Assembly: GCF_009914755.1 (NCBI RefSeq)
Contig: NC_060927.1
Strand: one strand, 5' to 3'
Source of the DNA: the human T2T-CHM13v2.0 reference genome, Homo sapiens
DNA length: 64,000 bases
The translations under genes and the position numbers were made by a program. The notes under the pieces are model-generated. The model had not been told where the DNA came from. It saw nothing but the letters and a program-made list of their open reading frames with translations, and did no database searches. Below, one piece after another: positions 53,314 through 64,000 of this stretch; the stretch's first letter is position 1; each line of letters starts with the position of its first letter.

Positions 53314-55217
53314 TGTTATTCCCACTTTATAGGAAACTGGGACACAAAGAGGCAAAGTGACTTGCCCCAGGCCACACTTCTAGAAAGTGCCAGAGCTGTA
53401 GGTGAAGACCTGGCCTCTAGTTTCAGGGTCTTCCTCTTCATTATTGCCTCCCTGCCGCTCTATGCCTTTGAGCCAGCCCACCTGTCTCAGTCTCTTCCAC
53501 CCTCTGTGTCTAGCTCAGACTTCACCTGCCACACCAGCCATTCTCGTCCCATGCTACTCTGCCAGTCAGCTGTCATTTCTTCTCCCCTCCCTTGAAACCC
53601 ATAGCATTTCTTTATAATACTTATTTTACCTGGTTTTCTATGTTTTTATTTAATGGATTTGTCTTTTCCAAGGTATTCAGACTTCAAATCAGCTTGTAAG
53701 GTAGAAATCATACATGGTCAAAACTACCCAGGCATACATTTTAGGAAGGAAGACTGGTTAGGTTTGGGTTTGCAGTTCAGTACACTCAGTTTTTTTCTTC
53801 TACATTAGGCAAATCACTATTTCAGCATCAGATCAGCCCCAGATCATTAGTTACCAAATCAATAGTTATTTCAGCACCAAATCAGAACCACGTGAAATAG
53901 CCGCTTGTGTTTTGGGGCCATGTTACAGAAAAAATGCTAATCTTCAACATTGGATGAGCTTGTTAAGTGTAACAAGATACCCTCTAGGAGACACACAGAA
54001 ATGAGGCAGACTGCAGGAGGCACCTCTTCTGCTTAGATAAGCACTGCCACACTGCATACTTCCCACTCCATACTTCCCACTCTGGGGCTCAGCCTGCATG
54101 GCCATAGGTGGCAGCCCTGTAGCAGGCACGTTGAGCTCCTTTCCAAGGCATTTGCTCATTGAGAGGAATGGCAATTGTTCTCCATTTTCAAAGCTTAAAG
54201 AAAACTGGTTTTATTTTAACAGCTTTATTAAGATATAATTCACTTACCATATGTCTCCCATTCAAAGTATCTAACTCAATTATTTTTAGTATATTCATAG
54301 AGTTGTACAACCATCACCACAGTCAATTTTAGAACATTTTTGTCACTCCCAAAAGAAACTCTCTACCCATTAGCAGTCACTCCCTATTTCCCACAACCCT
54401 TAGTCCCAGGCAACATCTAATCAACTTTGTCTCTATGGATTTTTGTGTGTTCTGAACATGCCATATAAATGGAATCATAGAATATGTGGTCTTTGTGACT
54501 AGCTTCTCATTTAGCATAATGTGTTCAAGATTCACCTATGCTGTAGCATGTATTAGTACTTCATTTCCTTCTACCACCAATATTCCATTGTATGGCCATA
54601 TCACATTTTATATATCCATTAACCAGTTGATGGATATTTGGGCTGTTTCCACTTTTTTAGCTACTATGAATAGTGCTGCTGTAAACATTTGTCTACAAGT
54701 TTTTCTGTGGATATGTTTTTATTCCTGTTGGTTATATACTTTGCAATGGAATGGTTGGATCAAATAGTAACTCTATGTTTAACTTTCTGAGGAATGTTGG
54801 GACTGTTTTCCAAAGTGGCTGCCAGCACCATTTTACATTCGCACTAGCAATGTGTGAGGGTTCCAGTTTCTCCACATCTTCACCAACGCTTGTCTTTTTG
54901 AGTATAGGCATCCTAGTGGATGTGATGTGGTATCTCATTGTGGTTACGATTTGCATTTCTTAATGGCTAATGATGTTGAATATCTTTTCATGTGCTTATT
55001 GGCTATTTATATATCTTTTTTGGAGAAATGTCTATTCAGATCCTTTGTCCATTTTTAATTGGATTATTTGTCTTTTTGCTGTTGAGCTGAAGGAGGTTTT
55101 TTTGATATGTTCTGGATAGTAATCCTTTGAGATAATGATTTACAAAAATTTTCTCACATTTCCTGGGTTTCTTTTCACTTACTTGATAGTGTCCTTTGAA
55201 GCACAAAAGTTTTCAGT

Positions 55218-55504
55218 GTTTTTTGAAGACAGGGTCTTGCCCTGTTGCCCAGGTGGAGTGCAGTGGTGTAATCATAGCTCACTGCAGGCAGCCTTGAACT
55301 CCTGGGCTCAACCAGTTCTCCCACCTCAGCCTCCTGAGTAGCTGGAACTACAGCCATGTGCCACCACGCCTGGCTCATTAAATTTTTTTTTTTTTTTTTT
55401 TTGGTAGAGAGAGGGTCTCACTATGTTGCCTAGGCTGGTCTTGAACTTCTGGGCTCAGGCAATGCCTCCCAAAGGATTACAGACATGAGCCACTACACCA
55501 GGCC
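55218..55504 (-). mobile_element. AluJ
   Basis: Antisense Alu with CAAAAGTTTT on both flanks. Confidence 0.9.
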
Positions 55505-55712
55505 AAAAGTTTTAAATTTTGATGAAGTCCAGTTTACCTACTTTTTATTATTTGTTTATTTAAGTAAGTTTTGGGATTATAGGCATGAACCACTGTGCCT
55601 GGTAATTTTTCTTTATTGCTGGTACTTTTATTGTCACCTCTAGTAAGATTTTGCCTAACCCAAGGTCCTGAAGACTTACACCTATGATTCTTCTAAGAAT
55701 TTTGTAGTTTTA

Positions 55713-56026
<314 letters not shown>

Positions 56027-57199
56027 TTAGCTCTTATATTTAGGTCTGTGATGTCTTTGGAGTTAATTTTTATGTAAGGTGTAAGACAGAGGTCTAAATC
56101 CATTATTCACAAACAAAACTCTGGATATCCAGTTGTCCCAGCACTATTTGTTGAAAAGACTAGTCTTTCCCCATTGAGTTGTCCTGGCATGCTTGTTGAA
56201 AGTAAAAATATTTAGTTTTTGCCAAGCATATATAGTTGATTTCATAATAGATAAATACAGATATTAAGCACCTCTGTTGTATGTCTTATCTGCCCTATTA
56301 AGGTTATAAACTCCTTAGGGCAAGAAAAAGTCATGTCCTATTTATCTTTACTTCTCTTTAGCATCCAGCTCAGTATCTACTATATACTGGTCTTGTGAGT
56401 GCATCAGAGCCAGCTGTAGAGACTTAATCAATGAAAATGTGAGAGAATATTCCTTTTGGTCAGTTAAGTGTGTTCCAGATCCTGCCAATGAGCTTATATC
56501 ACTAATACTGTAGTAAGCAAATCGTATAGTGATTTACCTTCTGTGTATTTAAAAAACAAAGTCTCAGTGTGATGCATCTGTGTTTGTCACACTAATCATC
56601 CCTTTTAATGGAGAGCTCCTATCAGGCACGTAAGCTTGGGTCTAGCCATCCAGAATTTAAGAATGGTTTGTCTTCAAGTGTTTTCATCACTTGGATAATG
56701 AAAGTTAGGGAAACACCTAAGGGAGGGTTTCTCCCACCTTTTGTTTTTAGTTTTTTCTATTAATTTCCTTCATTTGTGGTTTTATTTTTGAACAGATAAT
56801 ACATTGACATGATTCAAAAGTCCAAAGGTATCCAATAAAAAGGCTCCATCACTCCAATCTTCCAGCCGCCTGGCTCCCTGCCTTGGGTAAGAGTTGTTAT
56901 TGATTTCTTCTGTGTTCGTCCAGAGGTAGCTGATGCATATACAAAATAGTATTTTCTGTACTTTCTTTTCCCTGTTTAATCTTCCCCCCTTTTATTACAC
57001 AGATGGCCCCTTATCTTCGCCTGATTCTCCCTTGCTTTGGAGGGTCATCTTCTTGATTCTGGCTTGCCTGTCTAGACTTGCAGTGGCCTTGATGGCCCGC
57101 TTGCTAAGATCCTTGGTCATCCTACCTCTGTGGTGCTGTTTCAGGCCTTTGGATTAATTAGCAAGGTGTGTGAAGAGGCTGTGCTTCAGGGTAATGCTG

Positions 57200-57700
57200 C
57201 TGTGTGTGGACTGCTTTTGGCCTCAAGGGACAGAACACCCAACTATCAGAGGCTTAACAGCCCAACCATGTATTATCTTCCTGCACAAGAAGACTGCAGG
57301 CAGACGAATGCTGATATAGTGTGCTATTCCACCTGTGTCTGAGCAGATGGTGGCTTCCCCACAGTTCTGTGGCCTTTTCCCTCATGGTCACAAGGCATCC
57401 AGTCCTCACATCAGCACCTCAAGCAGGAAAGACACTTCTCCAGCCACTTTTGCACATGTCTCATTGGCTGGAGCTGAGACCTGTGACCATCTCAGACCCA
57501 CCACTGTAAAGGACAGTAGGATTACCATGGTTTCACTAGATTGGGCACAGCTTCCCCTGAGGCTGCCAGAAGAGCCTGCCTTTCCTGAGATCAGAGGCAT
57601 GAAGTAAATGCCTACAAAACTAGGACTCCACTGGCATGAAGGAAGGTAGGAGCTTTAGAGGGGAGTGGCTGCTAGGGCGCCAATGAACAGTGTCTACCCC
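57200..57700. mobile_element. Old MaLR LTR (MLT1K/L-like)
   Basis: GAGGCTTAACAG...CTCATGGTCACAAG...CATGTCTCATTGGCTGGAGCTG. Confidence 0.5.
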
Positions 57701-59356
57701 AGGATCTTTATAGTCAAGACGGTGGAAGAGGCCAAGACAGACATACACGCACAGAGGTCTCAGACCAGCAGGGCCATTTCTAGCACAAGAGTTAGAAGCA
57801 GTAATACTCTAATTTGGCCTGAGGCAGTGGTAGCATTGAAGTGACAATATTCATTCTTGCCTGGTTTCATGAAGTAGAACTAGATCCCTGAAGTTTTTTC
57901 TTTAAGGGATTTTCTCCTGGAAATGCATCCTCTAGGAGAACACTTAGTTGCAATCTGCTTGTTAGAAGACAGAGATGCATCTGCTGGCCTCCTGCCTTGT
58001 GTATGGTTTTGGAGTCCAGTTGAGCAGCTGGGCATCAGGCGAGGGGTCAGGACTGGAGCAAGGGCTGCCTTCAGTCTGTAGAAAGATGCTGATCTGGAGA
58101 AGATGCTGCTGGCAGCCCTGCTTTCAGAGCCAGATGCCAGTGTTCTGCGCCCATGCTGAGAGGCCTGCATTATCCCGGTACCCAGCCCATTTCATCCATC
58201 TGCCTTTCATTCTTGCCATTCCCTCCTTCTTTATCCTTGTCTCTCTCAACTTCATTTTCCCACTCTCTTTTTTAGCCTCTTGGAGCTGAGATCCAGAGGC
58301 CCAAAGTCTTTTTCTTTTCTTGCAGCAAACAGTATTAGGAAGCCCTTGTCTTTGCCAGCAGTGAAGGGGAAAAGCCTCTTCTTGGAGGGTGGAGATTAGG
58401 GGAGGGTCTGGGAGTGTCACACGAGAAATGAGAAACAGATGTAAGATCTGCGGCTGAGCCCAGTCAGAGGAGTTGGCGGGTGGGGAGAGGGAAAAGAAGA
58501 CTGGAATTTGGTGGTGGTAGTCATTCGTGTGTTTAATACTTTTGTGGCTTTACTGGTGTTCATGAAGCAAACTGCTCCCAGCAAGGCAGTGAACAACAAG
58601 CCAATGATTAATTGCCCTTTCTAAATTGTAATTATGTCACTCACCAGAACCCGTGAACATTAATTCTCGATTTACATAGTGAGTAATTGAATAATGAAGG
58701 GGCTGCCTGTTTGTTGTGCTCTGTTCTTACTCTTGCATTTCTACAGTGCCAGGCCCTTCTGTCTCTCCTAGTCTTTGGATGTTGCCCACTTCCCTGTTGG
58801 TTTTAGTGTCTGTTCTGGCCTCTGACTGCGAGCTGTCTGACATTACATTTCATTGACGGTTGAGTAAGGCCCAGGCCGATGTCATACGCTTTAGAGAAAG
58901 GAGGCCAGCCGTTTCTGATTCCAATCCGATGCTGCCTTTCATTAAATTTCTTCAATGAAAGCCTGCTCTGCCTAACTCAAGCAAAATGATGTGAATTTAC
59001 TACAAGGATACAGGGAAGCTCACAGAAGCAAAGGGAAAGTTGAAGAAGCAGGCCTTAGAAGAAGAGAGCTAGACTCAGGGTCCAAGGTGGGGGCATCAGT
59101 AGGCAGGTCCTCCCGCAGACACCACTCTAGAATGAATCAGCTCCAGCGTTTCCAGTCTGCCATCTCATACTTGATTGCTTCAAATTCCTGAGCAAGTCAC
59201 ACCCTTGGCAGTGGAGGGTGGAGCACTTCGACTGTCTTGCCAGGAATCAGGAATGCACACATTGTGGGAGGAAACAGTCATTCTTCCCTCCACCCCCAAA
59301 ACACACATAATCAACAGGCTTTTACCAGAAGGGGGAATGGATGCTGGGCAGGCAGA

Positions 59357-60147
59357 TGATTTTTGTATATGGTGTAAGGTAGGGGTTCAGTATCAATCTT
59401 TTGCATATGGCTGGTCAGTTAGTCCAGCACCATTTATTGAATAGGGAGTCATTTCCCCACTGATTATTAACTATAGTCACCATTCTGTACATTAGATATC
59501 CAGAACTAAATTCATCTTATATGTGAAAGTTTGTACTCTTTGACCTACCTCTCCCCTACCCCATAGCCTCTGGCATCCACCCTTTGTTTCTCTAAGTTCT
59601 ACATATAAGTGAGATCATGTAGCATTTGTCTTTCTGTGACTGGCTTATTTCACCTAGCATAATGTCATGTGATCATCTCAATAGCTGTAGAAAGCATTTG
59701 ACAAAATTCAACATCCTTTCATGATAAAAATCGTCAGCATTCATATAGAAGAAATGTTCCTCAGTATACAAAGGCTACATATGACAAGCCCACAGCTAAT
59801 GTTATACTGAACAGTGAAAGACTGAAAGCTTTTTCTGTAAGATCAGAAACAAGGGTGCCCACTCTTGCCACTTCTATTCAACACAGGGCTCGAAGTCCTA
59901 GCCAGAGCAGTCAGGCAAGAAAATGAAATAGAAAGCATCCAAATCAGAAAAGAAGTTAAGTTGTCTCTGTTTGCAAATGAAGTGGTCTTATATATAGAAG
60001 TTCCTAAAAACTTCACCAAAAAACTGTTAGAACTGTAAAATTGCAGGATGCAATATCAACATAGAAATATCAATTGCATTTCTATATACTAATAATGACC
60101 TATCTGAAAAAGAAATTAAGAAAACAATCCCATTTACATAGCATCAA
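59357..60147. mobile_element. Mosaic of three L1 fragments in mixed orientation
   Basis: Minus ORF2 piece (~59357-59462), minus L1MA-type 3'UTR (~59463-59666), plus-strand ORF2 RT-region piece (~59667-60147). Confidence 0.75.
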
Positions 60148-61563
60148 CTTTAGGTTTTGAGATGTTTTTCCATTAGTGAGGCTACTTGGTTTGGAGCCTC
60201 AGAGGCCTTTTTGATCAGCAGCTGTGATCTGTAAGGTAGAGGGCTGTGTGAGAGGTGCAGCTTGGGGCCATGATCAGGCATGCAGGCCTGCCATTTTACG
60301 TGGTGGGAGGGGGGTCTGGTACAAACTGGGATTAAATTCATGAGATTGTCCTTGTTAAGGAACTTGGATCAGAAAGAGATAAGTAATTCAATACTTTTGG
60401 GGGAGGGTAAGAGGGCACTCTTAATATGAATGGGGAGAATCTGTTTGAACCTTTTTTTGTATCCCCACTGCACTCATTTTTCTGTTGACCTCTCCTGGAG
60501 ACACTATGTCTTGTACATGGAGAACTCTTGACAGCTGCCTGCAGGTAGCTTTCTGTGAGAGTCAGTAGATGTGCTTGCCACAAATAGGATGGGCAGGAAT
60601 CTATTTCACACTCCCCACCGCCTCATGGTTTTCTTTTCCTCAGTGGTGCCCATCTTTATTCTCCATAAGAAACCCAGGCTTCTATCAAGATCTTGAACAA
60701 CAAAAGTTTTCTCTGACCACAGTTCCACTGTTTTGCTCTTCGTGCTCTCTTTCCTATTGAACTTTCTCTTTCCTTTCAATGCATTCTGAAAACTTCCCTG
60801 TTCTCAGCCCAGCAGCCTCTTCCTGTTTCCTTTGTCTTCCCACCCAGGGCAGACCCCCTTGTCAGCCATTGTGGATGTCACTCTCCTCCTGCTAGCACTC
60901 ATTATACATAATACCTGCCCCCACTGCCTTGCTGCTGCTTTCTGCCCCCAACTGTGGAATGTGGCTGGAGAAAGCTTTGGTGCTAATTTGTAGACTACCT
61001 GGTGTACTCCACACAGAGCTGCCCAGCCTCAGTGCTGCTCAGCAACAGCACCGTCCCACCCTCACTCATGCCCCATATAATTTTCCCACAGAAACTTTTC
61101 ACACCTTTCCCTGTTCAGGCATCCCCCAGTGTCAGCAGATACCACTGCCTCTCAGTTCATGGAAGAAAAAAGGGGCCAAATAATCTGACCCCTCCTCCCC
61201 CAGTTTCACGCTTTCACATTAGTGCCTGTCTCTTCACTCACTATTTTCCTTTCATACTTGTGATCCTCACTGGATTTTGAGAGGTTTTTTTGGACTTTTA
61301 TATACCAATTGTCATTCCTTTTGCTTGTGTTTTTCATTTTCCCCTCCCTATTGATTCCTTTTCCTTAGCTTATATATTTTCCCAGAATTTCCAAAGTACT
61401 TTATGTATTTATTTTTCCTGCTTCTAGTGGTTTAGAAGCTGTGTATTCTTCTATTCTCCTTGTGATTATACTTATATATTTACAAAAATGTTTAATTCCC
61501 ATGTTTCCTTCATCCAGTTTTTCTCCAGTAATGTCATCTTGCACAACTTGCACGGCCATAGTA

Positions 61564-61808
61564 CAGAGTTTCTCAGCCTCAGCTCTGGTGACATCTTGGG
61601 TTGGATGCTTCTTTGTTGTGTGGCTGGCGGGTGGTGACTGTCCTTTTCATTATAGAAAGTTTAGCAGAATCCCTGGCCTCTACTCACTAGATGCCAATAA
61701 CACTTTTCTAGGTGTGCCAACCAAAACAATCTCCAGATGTTTCCATATCTCCCGTGGGCAGCAAAGTCACCCTGGGGCAGGGGGCAAAATCACCCTAGTT
61801 GGAAACTG
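61564..61808. mobile_element. MER20 hAT-Charlie MITE
   Basis: TTTAGCAGAATCCCTGGCCTCTACTCACTAGATGCCA...GGGGCAAAATCACCC. Confidence 0.85.
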
Positions 61809-62034
61809 CTTTGTGTTAGTTTTCTATTACTGCTGTAACAGATTACCAGTTAGTGGCTTCAAACACATGAACATTTTATCTTCTAGCTCTCAGAAGTCTG
61901 ACAGTCACTCTTGCTCCCATAGTCAAGGGAGAGCATAACACAGTGATGTGAATACCAGAAGGGGATCTTTGGGAGCTGCTTGCCACAAATGTTGTACATT
62001 TCCCTCTGAGCTGTGCTTTAGGTACAGCTCATAG

Positions 62035-62270
62035 TTTGTTTTTAAATTGTAAAATTTACATAATATAAAATTAACCATCTTAAACATTTTAAAGTATACA
62101 TTAACTAGCATTAAGTACATTTACCATGTTTTACAGCCGTATCACTATGCATTTCCAGATTTTTTCATCATTGCAGACTCTATCCATTAAATAATAACTG
62201 TCCCCAATTAAATAATAAATGTCCCAATTTTTCCTCCCCCCAGCCCCTGGTAATTTCTACTTTGTTTCTT
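62035..62270 (-). mobile_element. L1MB 3' end fragment
   Basis: TAAAATTAACCATCTTAAACATTTTAAAGTATACA...CCTCCCCCCAGCCCCTGGTAA. Confidence 0.75.
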
Positions 62271-62291
62271 TTATACATATATATAAGTAGA

Positions 62292-64000
<1,709 letters not shown>

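Overview
Primate genomic DNA, most likely human. Nothing here is prokaryotic. The window lies inside CHCHD6 (MIC25, a subunit of the mitochondrial MICOS complex) on the + strand. It holds the end of intron 1, coding exons 2-4 (3538-3646, 7021-7090, 9538-9682; all GT-AG and frame-consistent) and about 54 kb of intron 4. A 5'-truncated, disabled RCC2 processed pseudogene with the full 3'UTR lies antisense at ~40.6-43.9 kb. The rest is transposable elements (near-full-length Tigger1, L1s of several ages, Alus, MST/MLT LTRs, MER MITEs, L2/MIR) plus some repeat-poor stretches that look like enhancers. I found no convincing new biological system. The best leads are: a reconstituted 5' splice site at the exon 3/4 junction; a 324-nt, stop-free, phase-0/0 block (exons 2-4) that would make an endless ORF if circularised; the antisense RCC2 copy inside the pre-mRNA; and a 13.7-kb nested insertion bounded by a 13-bp target-site duplication (TSD). 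Repeat subfamily names come from remembered consensus sequences and need RepeatMasker/Dfam confirmation. Boundaries without a stated TSD are approximate.
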